NCBI GenBank assembly: GCA_964035545.1
Contig: OZ037770.1
Location: 12,700,642-12,764,641, forward strand
DNA from: Bugula neritina
Taxonomy: Eukaryota; Animalia; Bryozoa
Direction of reading: 5' to 3'
DNA: 64,000 nucleotides
Shown: piece by piece, positions 1 to 11,259 of the stretch
How the letters are laid out: each line of letters opens with the position of its first letter
Numbering within the stretch: position 1 is the stretch's first letter
The notes under the pieces: generated by a model
Told to the model about the DNA's origin: nothing
The model's database searches: none
Seen by the model: only the letters and a program-made list of their open reading frames with translations
Made by a program: the position numbers and the translations under genes

Positions 1-107
1 TTATAAGCTTACTTCCACATTAAATATAATAACCTTTTAATCTGACAGATGTTGCCAGACCAATTATTTTGATTAATGACTTATCTAATTCTAAGTAGCC
101 CCTCTTA

Positions 108-790
108 CCCCCTATTCACACTTACCGTACCGTACGCCGTAACAGCAAATTTTAGCGATTTTTGTTAACATCCGGGCTAAATCGTACTCCGGTATACATT
201 GCGGCGTTGATCAAGCAGTGCTTGATTCAAAAAATCACGGCGGGCTCCTATTGGGTAGAGTTGATCTGGTACTAAAATTTAAAGAACATTTTCGCTAGTT
301 TATTTTAATCGCTTATTTTTGATTTAATTTAACCAATTCAAAAGTTTTAAAAGATTAAAAAAATCTTTATCCGGCTTGTTTGAATTAAACTCAGCTTAAA
401 AATCTATCTTTCCCTAATCACAAAATCAAGCAAACCAAAAACTTAAAAATGATTTGGACGGCTTAAATATTCATTATTTAAATTAGTTTGCACAATTATT
501 TTAAAAACTAATATATTTAAAAGAAAGATTCTTTTCATGTAATTGCTTTTATTTAGTAAATAGCATTTATATAACATCTTTTGATAAGAATGTTGCGAAT
601 AATTTGTAAATAATATTCAAAGGCGTTCAAATCACCGCAGACAAGAGTTGGCTTTATTATGATTGGTCACAGCTCAACGTCATGCATTGTACTTTTACGG
701 CAAGTGTGAACACCCGTTGACAAAATGCAACAGCGTCGCCATTTTATTTTTGCTGTTACGGCGTACGATACGGTAAGTGTGAATGAGGGG
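108..790. mobile_element. Non-autonomous DNA transposon (PIF/Harbinger-like MITE), intact copy
   Basis: About 40-bp TIRs (CCCCCTATTCACACTTACCGTACCGTACGCCGTAACAGCAAA at 108; its near reverse complement ends at 790). TTA target-site duplication at 105-107 and 791-793. No coding capacity. The same family recurs in the LRR-gene introns. Confidence 0.85.
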
Positions 791-1030
791 TTATTAGTAT
801 AAAATCGGCAAGGATTAGCATAATTAGTATAATTTATTCTATATACCATCTTTGTAACTATAGTGGAAAAACTGTAGTCTGCAATGCTATACACACAGTA
901 ATAGCAATGGCCTTGTATTATATTCTGTTTATGTAGCACTAAACTCATATCAGCGTTTACTCTAATCTAATTGTATGTGGGACTTGAACTAAGAAATTAT
1001 AATTAATTACTCCTGACTTTTGATATTGGC

Positions 1031-1507
1031 TGTGGCGACTTACATTTATAAGCTTGTATTCAATGCTAAATGCAACTATATACATATCAAGCAAATCATA
1101 TGGCGTGGGAAAAGGCTATAAAGAAGATTGGAGTATGGTGGTACCAGTCTATACCAACGTAATATGTGATTAAGGATTAGAGGTCTACGTAGATAAGTGT
1201 ATTTACTGGGGCTAGTATATTTCTTTATAAGGATAAGGCTAACATAATTAATATAATATGATGACTGCATGAGCCTGCTGCAAACTAAGATGTATATAGA
1301 TATGAAGAGAATGGCGATTGATCTAGGCAAGAGGCGGTTAGCCTGTGTATCTTTACCACAATAATATAAATGTCTACAGAGTAAATATAGAGCCCATAAT
1401 TTGAACAAAACATGGGAGTGACTGAGGCTGCACAGGTGGCAGCTGACATGCCCCATGCGCTGCAGTCACATGTAGCAATGCCAGCCCCCACAGTGCCTGT
1501 CTCCACA
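1031..1507 (-). mobile_element. Putative LTR (3' LTR of a degenerate minus-strand LTR retroelement)
   Basis: Termini TGTGGCGAC...GTCTCCACA form a TG...CA short inverted repeat. On the minus strand it is preceded by a short purine-rich tract (AGTAGGATATA) and lies downstream of the 2583-3680 ORF. Confidence 0.45.
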
Positions 1508-2582
1508 TATATCCTACTATAACAATAACGCTTATATTCTATTTTCCTCTTGAAGAAGTAATTGCAAACAACATTGATCCCTGGTAACTCTTATATGAGT
1601 TTGGTACACATAACTACAGTATAATATTTTTATAGTTAGTTTTATTTATGTTTTCAAATAAGTAAGCTCATACTGGATTACTGTCGTGTCATAATAAATG
1701 AAGTCATATACTGTCATACGTGAGGCGCCAGCACAAGTTGTGCTTAAATGTGCGTCGTGGCCAGGCAGCAGCAGCGCTTCATTAATAGAAAATTCACAAC
1801 ATGAGATTATATACATATATCCATCTACAACATATAGAAAGTAGTTAGTACTTATAGCTAGCATGCAGGATAGCAAAATGCACCAGAGTAATGTGCACTC
1901 AGTCTATTTCATACGTCTATGAAATTTAGTCTAGTCAATGTCAAAGTATAGAGCTCTATGGACGTCCAGTAGTAATGTTTGTTTTTTGCAAGGCCTGTAA
2001 ATTTGTTGTGTTTCCGTACGGATTTATGCATGCTGTTGGTATACCATTATGGAATTTTATACTCGATCTGTGTGGGTGTCCCATTTTCTGTAGTGATTAT
2101 ACATACGTGTTGCCCTGCTGACGTGTCGTCATGGCGATATAAATTATGCAATTGTTTTTCGATTCGTTTGTTGTTCGGGACAGTTTGTGTTTGAAAGCGC
2201 TTTATATAAATTATGGTATGTAGCCTTTTTGTTGAAGTAGCCTATATATTATGACAGTATACTGTGTAGCCCTAGTTTTTCGATTGAGGTTTAACGTCAT
2301 TCTGGACGAGCCCTGTAATTTCATAAATTGTTAGTATATGTGCACATACATTGAATGATGGCCTGTAAGTATCCAACAGCTCGATAGGCTGGGACTAGAG
2401 GAGTAATAGTATGTATAGGGTTGGGCAATAATGGCCTGTACATGTCTAACAGCCAGGTGGGCTGGGACTGTGAGAAACTAATATGGAGATTTATAGAAAC
2501 TCTTAGGCTGGCTACATAATGGGCTAGTAATTAAATTATATAAATAATTGTCTAGGTCTAGGTACTGAGGGCTTGTATTTGG

Positions 2583-3680
2583 CTAGAATATTGTTATTGT
2601 GCAGACTGCCAGGGGGAGAGGGTCAAGTCTGACAATAGCTTTTGAGAAGTATCTCAAAAGCTTGTTGGCCAACCTAAAAATGTATTTGGTGTGTGGGCCA
2701 AATTTTGGCTTACTCAACTTAGGAAAAATTATTTTGTAATTTCCAAGTAATACCACACCGTTATGCCCCTGGGTTTGACATTTAACCCTGCCACTTGAGT
2801 AGATGTCTTTACCCAGTTTAAAGATAAAAGTGACGCCAAAATAAATGCTTGTGATGGTGCACACCAGGTGTTGCAGGGTAGAGAAAAGCATGTATATAAG
2901 AAGATATATGGCTGCTGTCACAGGGTGATTGCACACATTAAATATCTTATCAGAGGCTTTCGAGCTTGAGTGAAGGTTGGGTGTGGCAGTCATCACATCC
3001 TGATGAAGGCTTGCAGCTATCTTCTCTTCTGGTGAGACTTTGCTAGTAGGTCGGACTTGCTCTCCAGTAGCTGAACATGGCGGTGCCGATGGACAGCTGG
3101 GGTTCATACCTTCTGCCTCAGTGGTACCGTCTGAGGTTGCAGGTATCTCCGTTGCTGGGTTGCAGTGCTGGGTGCTTCCGGCAGGTTGTGGGGTGAAGAA
3201 TCTGGACTCAGGGGTCTGGATGTTTGATTCTTCATCTGCCGGTCTGCACTCTGGACCTACTTTAGTAATAATACTGGCGCAGATATGGCATTTGGTAGGT
3301 TTCCTACTCGGACTGCCCACACAGTGCTTGTAGCAGAGTGTGAACAACTCCTCTATGGTTGGTGGATTTTTAAACCTACCAGCCAGTTGTGGCAGCAAAA
3401 TGTAGCTTAGCTCACGGTTACCTACACCAGTAGCAAAAGTCTCACCTATAATTGTAAGTTTTGAGCCACTATCTAGCATATATAGATTATTGCTCTCATT
3501 GATAACTCTACATAAAAAATCTTTTGTAGACTCATGGGCCCCAATATGGAGGTCTAAGAATTTTTTCATCTTTGTAGAGTGGTTCTTATTAAACTTTTTG
3601 TCAAGAACGTTAGTACGAAGTAATGGGTTCGAGCCCACACAAAGGCCATTGGCGATGTTAGGAAGAGCATATCCAGTCAT
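2583..3680 (-). mobile_element. 365-aa ORF, probably a 5'-truncated retroelement (gag-like) ORF; the first ~23 codons are antisense SINE sequence
   Basis: Long intronless ORF with a Cys/His cluster (CYKHC...KCHIC) and a Pro/Ser/Thr-rich linker, located upstream of the putative LTR at 1031-1507. Positions 3612-3680 belong to the SINE/duplicated block, so the start codon is fortuitous. No diagnostic domain was recognised. Confidence 0.35.
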
Positions 3681-6176
3681 AATTGCTCCTGCGCCTCATC
3701 TAAAATAAGTCCTTAGACCGCTTTAACACAAACTCTTTCTATCTGGGGTTTCTTACAATGAAAACTACTATAAACTTGCTGTGAGTTTTTATAACTGTGC
3801 AAAACAAAAGTTAACCTAATACTGTTATGCAACAAACTTAAGCATGTCATCCTATAAATATAAGTGATATTTGATATTAACATGATAAGCTGCAGCTTGC
3901 TTTATCTGAGGAAAGCAATACAGTTATACTACTTTAGTTTCAAAGTCAAAAGTGCCACAAGCAAGTAATAACTATGTCCAATAAAAGTTGTGCTGTGATT
4001 GCCAGCCAATCAAAATAGGTTGTCTGCTACTTTACTTTATGATTTGAAAAATAGATACAACTAATTATATATCAATCAAAACAATAGATATGCATTGAAA
4101 GCTATATGAGAGTTTGCATCATGTTGTTACATATGCTAAATTGTCTTTGCAGTAAATTATCCTTTAAAAATATTAAAATGTGACTTATTAGCAGATTTCT
4201 AATTCTAAAAACTTCAATTTTATATTTAATATTTACTACATGTTAACATTGCAGTGTTACATAGTATTATCTAAAATATTTAAAATACTTATTGAGCATT
4301 ATGTTAATAAAAATAAAAAAAAATTTTTGAATCAAATATTATAGTTACAATAATTAGAAGCCTTAATCCTTGCATAGCAGATTTTCAGTTTAGTTTATAG
4401 AGTGCATTATAGAAATTTATGTTTCTACTTGAAAAATCTGAACACTAAATTAATCTAGACAGATATACTATAAATTTAATAGAAAATTTATCTTATCTGT
4501 TTTATCAGACTACAGCTTACATTTATCATAACCTATTTGCGTATTAAATCATCATAACAATCTTCCTATATCAGGTATGGCGCATATTAATTTGGTCTTT
4601 GAGAAGACGACTATAATATGGTCCTATTACATAAGAAATTGGCATGATTATTCAAGGTCATTTTTAACTGATAGTGTTTGGGAGGGTCAAATGTTCACCC
4701 CAACTCGGCAAGCCGTAGTAACTCAGATAATCATTTGCACTATCTATCATCGCGGACGTAATCTCTATCTGTATAACCTTCATTCGTTTTCTGTCAAGGA
4801 AAGTACCTTTTTGACTGTCTTCGCTTAGAGCCTCATCTATCAACCTCTTTCTCTCTGCTGTCAGCTCCATTCCTACGTGATTGAATAAAACTTCAAAGAA
4901 TTCAGCATTGTCATCTCGGAGATGTTCGTATTTAACTGCCACTACTGGTGAACCTTTCGCCACCATTTCTTTGTAGTGAAAACATGTCTCGGCGAACTGA
5001 ATGACAGCAATAGTAAAGTCATCACTCTTGAGCAAGTTTTCTTTTTTGAACACCCATTTGAAATGCTGTTGATTGCTACAGCTGACGGAAAGTACGGTAG
5101 ATGGATAAACTGGTGGGAGAAGACGGGAGAGTAGACGGTTGTTGGCAACTGCTAAAGAAATTTCACCTTGTAGATGAATACCTCTGGTTGGTTTGTACAT
5201 AGAGATAATTTGCTCTTTTATGCCGCGGTACATGAAAATTTCACAAAACTCTGGAAACAGTTTGGGTATCAGCTGAAGGTCAATTTTTGACATATATGTT
5301 TGGGACTTAACAGCAAAGATATTGGCTTCTTTCTTATACGGTTTTAATATCAATCTGACAGCGTTTTTATATATTGTTTGATAATTCTTTGAGTTGAAAT
5401 AAGCTACTCCCTTTTTCCCTAAACTCTTTTCTTTAAACGCCATTTCTAAGGAGAATAAACACAACGGTGCAGATATTGACACAACATCTGGTAGAGAATT
5501 GAAGACCTGAGACATAGCTGTGGATCCACACCTTCCAGTGTGGTAAATCCAAATCACTTTAGCTTTTGGGTCTCCCAACTCTTCACCAAGTTTTATCATT
5601 GAACTTATAGGCATGATGAGAAGATATCTTGTTTTTATCTGCTGTATTAGAGACAAAAAAGGGTACTTTCTAACATCAAAAACATCTTCATCCGAGTCAC
5701 TAATACTGAAAATAGCTTCTGTATCAGTTACTGTCATTAATGTGATGTGTTTCTGTAGAGCATAAGTTGGATGAACAAACCTCATGTGAGTAGACAGGAA
5801 GTGATGTCGTAGGTTAATATTCATTATTCTTCCTACAGAATTCTTCCAAACTTTGAGTAGCTGAGCAGATGACTCATAATTCTTTCCATTCTGGCAGCTC
5901 TTCAAATGACTCTGAACTCCGGTCAGCCACCAGGAGACCAACTGGCAGCAACGAAACAGCGAGTATATTACCAGGTAGATGCAGTGTTTCAAAAACAAAA
6001 CGTTTATAGTCCACATAGCCATGGTGCGCAAGTAGGAACTACCGAGATGCAATACAGTTATGGTGTGATATGAATCTGCAGTATTCTAGTGTTTGCTTAT
6101 CAGTTAACTGCTAACCTGGATTATTTTGCACCATCAAACATGCAAATAGTGACACGGTATGACAAGTGATTGATAG
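3612..6176. repeat. Inverted segmental duplication, copy of 13650-16230
   Basis: 3612-6176 is the high-identity reverse complement of 13650-16230 and includes the whole sulfotransferase-like gene and its AT-rich 3' flank. Confidence 0.92.
4664..6022 (-). CDS. Sulfotransferase-family (P-loop fold) protein with N-terminal hydrophobic anchor, paralog 1, intronless
   Basis: 5'-PSB-like motif IYHTGRCGST, FMYR...S (3'-PB-like) and VKYEHL (YEDL-like). First ATG is at 6022; the ORF track starts at a TTG at 6052. Highly similar to 13804-15162. It has SISAP where the paralogs have SISEP. Confidence 0.75.
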   Translation of the reverse strand: MAMWTINVLFLKHCIYLVIYSLFRCCQLVSWWLTGVQSHLKSCQNGKNYESSAQLLKVWKNSVGRIMNINLRHHFLSTHMRFVHPTYALQKHITLMTVTDTEAIFSISDSDEDVFDVRKYPFLSLIQQIKTRYLLIMPISSMIKLGEELGDPKAKVIWIYHTGRCGSTAMSQVFNSLPDVVSISAPLCLFSLEMAFKEKSLGKKGVAYFNSKNYQTIYKNAVRLILKPYKKEANIFAVKSQTYMSKIDLQLIPKLFPEFCEIFMYRGIKEQIISMYKPTRGIHLQGEISLAVANNRLLSRLLPPVYPSTVLSVSCSNQQHFKWVFKKENLLKSDDFTIAVIQFAETCFHYKEMVAKGSPVVAVKYEHLRDDNAEFFEVLFNHVGMELTAERKRLIDEALSEDSQKGTFLDRKRMKVIQIEITSAMIDSANDYLSYYGLPSWGEHLTLPNTIS

Positions 6177-6499
6177 GCTACTAGATTTATGTATTATGTG
6201 GTGTAATCACGTGTCTGTCACATAAACTATTTTCATTACTTCATCAATGATAACCTCAAGTGCCTTTTACACACGGAGAGCTAGTGAAATAGTTGTTGTT
6301 AAATTAAATGTGTGCTCAAGGCAGGGAATAAAGGGCTAATTAAAGGTATTTGTGTACAGTCTGCTCTGTAAATTAGTTTTCATGTTACAAATATACTATG
6401 TAGGGTTTGGGTTTACTAGAATGTAGAGGAGTGCATGGGTTATTAAAATATTGCATCTGCTAGAAAATGAATTTATTTGATTTTTTTTCATTTAAGATG

Positions 6500-7480
6500 A
6501 TGAAAAGTTTGATTCTCTCCACTCTTTTGCTATTCTAATTTTGTCTAATGAAGTTTATTTTGAAATTTGAAGGAAGCTACTGTCAAATAAATACACTAGT
6601 GTTACCATCTACCCTAAAATTCAGTAACTGTCTACATGATTATGTAGATTTTTAAATATGGAGTTGTATTTCCAATCGTTTACCTTGTGTGAAAAACAAC
6701 TTTTACTATATGAACTTGGTCAATCATTCTGCAATACATGGATTCAAATTAGTACTGCAAAGCAATATAAATAGTTTCTGCAAGGTTAACTCGAACTATG
6801 CTGCCAATTCTATTAATTTTGTTGGTTTATAATAATTTATTAATTCAGCTTGTAATGTATGTATATACATACTATTGTTGCTGGGAATTATATTTGGAAA
6901 AAATAATGTTGATTTATAAATATATTTGATTATATAGTATTGGATGTGTTACTTGCAAACAGATTAGTTTTTTAGAGTCAAGTTAATGAAATAAGTTGAG
7001 CAAATAATACTAGGAAATAGCACTTTTTCTTAATTCGATAATAGCTATGTTTCTCAACACGAGGCTAAGGTTTTGTAACTTACAGACTGCTACTCAGTGT
7101 TTTTTTCTCGTGAAACAGAAATATGTTGGCATATGGCAATCAGTTAGATGTTAAAAGTTGAGTCTTTGAGTCGTTTGCTATTCATGAATAATGGAGAGTG
7201 ACTGAATAATCGATTTGAGTTGATTAAATTAGGCATGAAATATAAATCCAACAGATTTTACTTTATATTAATTCGTCATCTATGTTGACTAGTTCACCAA
7301 GCGTAAGTATTTTTTCTTCATAGTTCAGGAGTGTAATGTTATATAAATGTTGAATGTGCAAGAATAATATTTCTTACAGAATTTTGACTTCTCCGACTTT
7401 GACACGATGAAAGTGAGGGAAGAAGACAACTTCAGATTGATCACACAGCTCAGTGATGGTTGGCTAGAATTTAAAGAAAT
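6500..7480 (+). pseudogene. Duplicated fragment of the SMCR8-like gene (intron plus most of one exon), inverted copy of ~27751-28715
   Basis: 7380-7480 reads NFDFSDFDTMKVREEDNFRLITQLSDGWLEFKE, against NFDFSEFDTMKVKEEDNFRLITQLSDGWPEFKE in exon 27851-27732. The preceding ~900 bp match the upstream intron in reverse complement. Confidence 0.85.
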
Positions 7481-8559
7481 TCAGTAAGGTGCTGCAGTAA
7501 TTCAAATTAATTTCTCTATTGATTGCTGAATCAAATGATTCTAGAAAGCTGTATGATTTTACTTGACTTTGTTATTTTTTTAACTTTTTTATGTTTTTTT
7601 TTAAATTATTCTAATTCTTTTTAATTTATTGATGTGCTTTTATAAGGTAAAATGTGCAGGGAAAATTTTGTATACTTGTACATTTGTAGATTGATGAATG
7701 ATGCAGTCATTTCAATGTATATTATTGGCGATTAGTAAATATTTATGGCATAAAATTTTCACCCAGTATTTTGTTTGCATTATGTAAGAGTCCAAAATCA
7801 AATATATGTTGTGCCTAGTACTTAGTAGTAACTTTATTAGATCACTTATAGCAGTATTTATTTTGTTATAGCTTCTCAGGAATAAGTATCAGAAATGTCA
7901 ATAAAATTACGCAACAACAAATCATAAAAAATCATTTTCTATCTTTCACCTCATCAGAACACTTGCTTATCATAACCCTTAATCTACTGTTCAAATATTT
8001 AGTCACTTATTCTGGGTCATGACTGTGTTGAAACAGGTTCTGATATTTTACACCTCTAACACCTTATTAAACTTCATATTGGATCATAAGAATTTAGTAA
8101 TTTCACTGCAGTTTGTCAATTTAGCCTGTGAGTCAATAAGCAGAAGTTGCAACCTTGCATGTAAGGGCAACTCTTAGAGCTTGAGCAAATCAAAATTAGT
8201 AAACTAAAAAGATACTTGAGTTTAAACTACTAACTCACAGAGTCAATACTGGTTTAAATTTTGTTTCACTGCACTTGCACAGTTAGAGGAACTGTACAGC
8301 TCAATAAAGCAGTATACAGCTTGTAGTGTTGTGTGTTCTCAGTAGCCCCTGTGATGTAATGGCTTAGTGCGCCTGCTTGCATGACCGGTGGTCTGTGGTT
8401 CGAATCCCGGTGAGGGTGATTATTTTACAGAGCTTACATGCATTCTCTCTATAGAATCAATTATTCTGAACAATTTGATGAAGTAATTGATTGATGGCAT
8501 GGTTTATTAGTTTAGCTCAATGAAAAGCTACACTCTCTTCATTACTCACACATTACATA
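7481..8559. repeat. Inverted duplicate of ~16378-17444 (last codons and 3' flank of sulfotransferase paralog 3); continues at 10900-10961 after the Academ-like insertion
   Basis: TCAGTAAGGTGCTGCAGTAATTCAAATT at 7481 is the reverse complement of ~17417-17444. Similarity runs to 8559 and resumes at 10900-10961 (matching ~16318-16379). Confidence 0.9.
8344..8420 (+). mobile_element. tRNA-derived SINE head (tRNA-Ala(TGC)-like); inverted copy at ~16517-16594
   Basis: A-box-like TGTAATGGCTTAG, anticodon-loop-like CTTGCAT and B-box GGTTCGAATCCC are present. The acceptor stem is imperfect, so it is not called a functional tRNA. Confidence 0.55.
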
Positions 8560-10899
8560 TAGTGGGGGTGCCAACATGCAAAAATGGGCGGGTGGAGCAC
8601 ATCAATACTAACCTTTGTTGCTATATATCACTGCAAAGCCAACATTCTACTGATCTCAGATCTGCAAGTACCTTTTTTGTATCAGGGGGGGTTCTCTCGT
8701 GAGAGGGGTGGATATACAGGGTTTCAGCATTTTTCAAGGGGGGACTATGGAACTCTAAATATTTAATTCTCTGAGTAGTTTAAGTTTGACATTAAAAATA
8801 TTTTCAAGGAATGTTGTACACATATGAAACTTTCTCTAACAAAAGTTTGGGCCAAAAATAAAAAAGTGGGCGGAGCCTATAATATGACAAACTACTTTTT
8901 TGCATATACCGGATATTTTCTAAACTGCTACTTTTCTGTTCTAGCATTTAGAATGTTGATTTTTGGTATGAAAATACTCTATTGTGTTCTAATAATGCTC
9001 TCCGATTTTCATTACGTTCTGAACTATATAACATCTTTCCCAACCATGACAAATAAAAAAACATAAAACGGGAGTTATCTCCTCCGTTAAAAATTATTGC
9101 ATCTCTACCCAATAATATTGCTCTTTGTTGATAGGAACAACATCAGCATGATAAAAATGTATTCTTAGTGTATTTATATTAGCTTATTGACTTATTTTGA
9201 ATCATTGATTACGATCAATACTATTGAGTAATAATATTCAATATTTACTGTATAAATTGAGTGTCAGCAATAATTAACAGGCCACTAATATTCGATTTTT
9301 TTATCCATAAGTATAGTAACATAAAATATGGTTCATAAAAAAGTAATATTATGATTTCAGCATCACAAGCAATTACTATGCTCTTTTATATCAGATATTG
9401 GTAGACATTTGTAATTGTATTTATTTATAAATAAGATAGTATTTAAAATTTTAATTTACAATAGATCAAGCTTTATTACAAAGTTTTGTTATCTCTAGCG
9501 TTTATATACCAAATTAAATATATTATAATTCTTCATCAGAACTGTGTTTGTTGCCATCATCATCATAATCAGGCTCTTTGTTTGAAAAAGAAGACTGGCC
9601 ACTTTCGTTGTTGCAATCGAAACATTCACATAAACTACAGCATTTCATCACCAGGCGCTTGCATTTGCATGCCTTACTCTTACAGCCTGCTTTTTTGCAT
9701 TTACATGCTGTTAAAATCACATCTGCGTTGCTCTCAAAATCATATTTTATCACAAAACTTAGTCAAGAGACATTGCTGAATATGAAAAAGTCACTTGAGG
9801 ATTCATGTAATCTAAATACAGCATGGCTATTGGCAAGACTTGCCCCAATCGAACTATTTCAATTGGATATAAGTCCTTCTATACATAACTGCCCCAGCTG
9901 AAGTAGCTTTAATGTAAGAAATTTGGTTGCCACAGAAGATAATAAAAGATCAGTCATTGGGTATTGCCCAATGATTAATGCACCATCAACAGATCCATCA
10001 ACAATTTATACATCTTTATACTATCTTATTTATAAATAAATACAATTACAAATGTCTACCAATATCTGATATAAAAGAGCATAGTAATTGCTTGTGATGC
10101 TGAAATCATAATATTACTTTTTTATGAACCATATTTTATGTTACTATACTTATGGATAAAAAAATCGAATATTAGTGGCCTGTTAATTATTGCTGACACT
10201 CAATTTATACAGTAAATATTGAATATTATTACTCAATAGTATTGATCGTAATCAATGATTCAAAATAAGTCAATAAGCTAATATAAATACACTAAGAATA
10301 CATTTTTATCATGCTGATGTTGTTCCTATCAACAAAGAGCAATATTATTGGGTAGAAATGCAATAATTTTTAACGGAGGAGATAACTCCCGTTTTATGTT
10401 TTTTATTTGTCATGGTTGGGAAAGATGTTATATAGTTCAGAACGTAATGAAAATCGGAGAGCATTATTAGAACACAATAGAGTATTTTCATACCAAAAAT
10501 CAACATTCTAAATGCTAGAACAGAAAAGTAGCAGTTTAGAGAATATCCGGTATATGCAAAAAAGTAGTTTGTCATATTATAGGCTCCGCCCACTTTTTTA
10601 TTTTTGGCCCAAACTTTTGTTAAAGAAAGTTTCATATGTGTACAACATTCCTTAAAAATATTTTTAATGTCAAACTTAAACTACTCAGAGAATTAAATAT
10701 TTAGAGTTCCATAGTCCCCCCTTGAAAAATGCTGAACCCCTGTATATCCACCCCTCTCACGAGAGAACCCCCCCAGATACAAAGAAGGTACTTGCAGATC
10801 TGAGATCAGTAGAATGTTGGCTTTGCAGTGATATATAGCAACAAAGGTTAGTATTGATGTGCTCCACCCGCCCATTTTTGCATGTTGGCACCCCCACTA
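8560..10899. mobile_element. Non-autonomous, internally deleted Academ-like (AcademX) DNA transposon
   Basis: About 880-bp near-perfect TIRs (8560-9439 and 10021-10899), TAG...CTA termini and a 3-bp TSD ATA (8557-8559 and 10900-10902). The empty site is visible in the paralogous block near 16378. Internal fragments are a Cys-rich C-terminus (CKCKKAGCKSKACKCKRLVMKCCSLCECFDCNN, minus strand 9523-9753) and a transposase-like piece (CPS*SSFN...VIGYCPMINAPSTDPSTIYTSL, plus strand ~9750-10020). TAG termini, 3-bp TSD and a Cys8 finger fit Academ. Confidence 0.75.
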
Positions 10900-11259
10900 A
10901 TAAACAATTTCACCTAACTCATTCCTCATCATATAATACAACTACACAGATGTTTTTCATCCACCCGCCCATTTTTGCATGTTGGCACCCCCACTATCTG
11001 GTTGTTGTTACTGTACCAGGCAAAAACATATTGCATAAACGACTATTGTCCCTAAAAATTACCACAATGATTGTGTCCCAAAACATAGTAAACATTCACT
11101 GGGTAGCCTCAGGGTACCAACCCAGCCCGTACAGGTAGGGCAAGAATGACAGCCACCCCAACCACAATGACCTGACCACAAATCTAATAGTCAGCACAAG
11201 GCAGATGAGTAATGCCTGCTGACGTATGTCACCTAAACATAAATAGGAAGTTAATGGGG

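Noticed and set aside
8344-8420. Functional tRNA-Ala gene
   Set aside because: The acceptor stem pairs poorly and the two copies differ in stem positions, so a SINE head fits better.
8520-10875. Short paired ORFs (8584/10693, 8824/10345)
   Set aside because: They are mirror-image by-products of the TIRs with no recognisable protein features.
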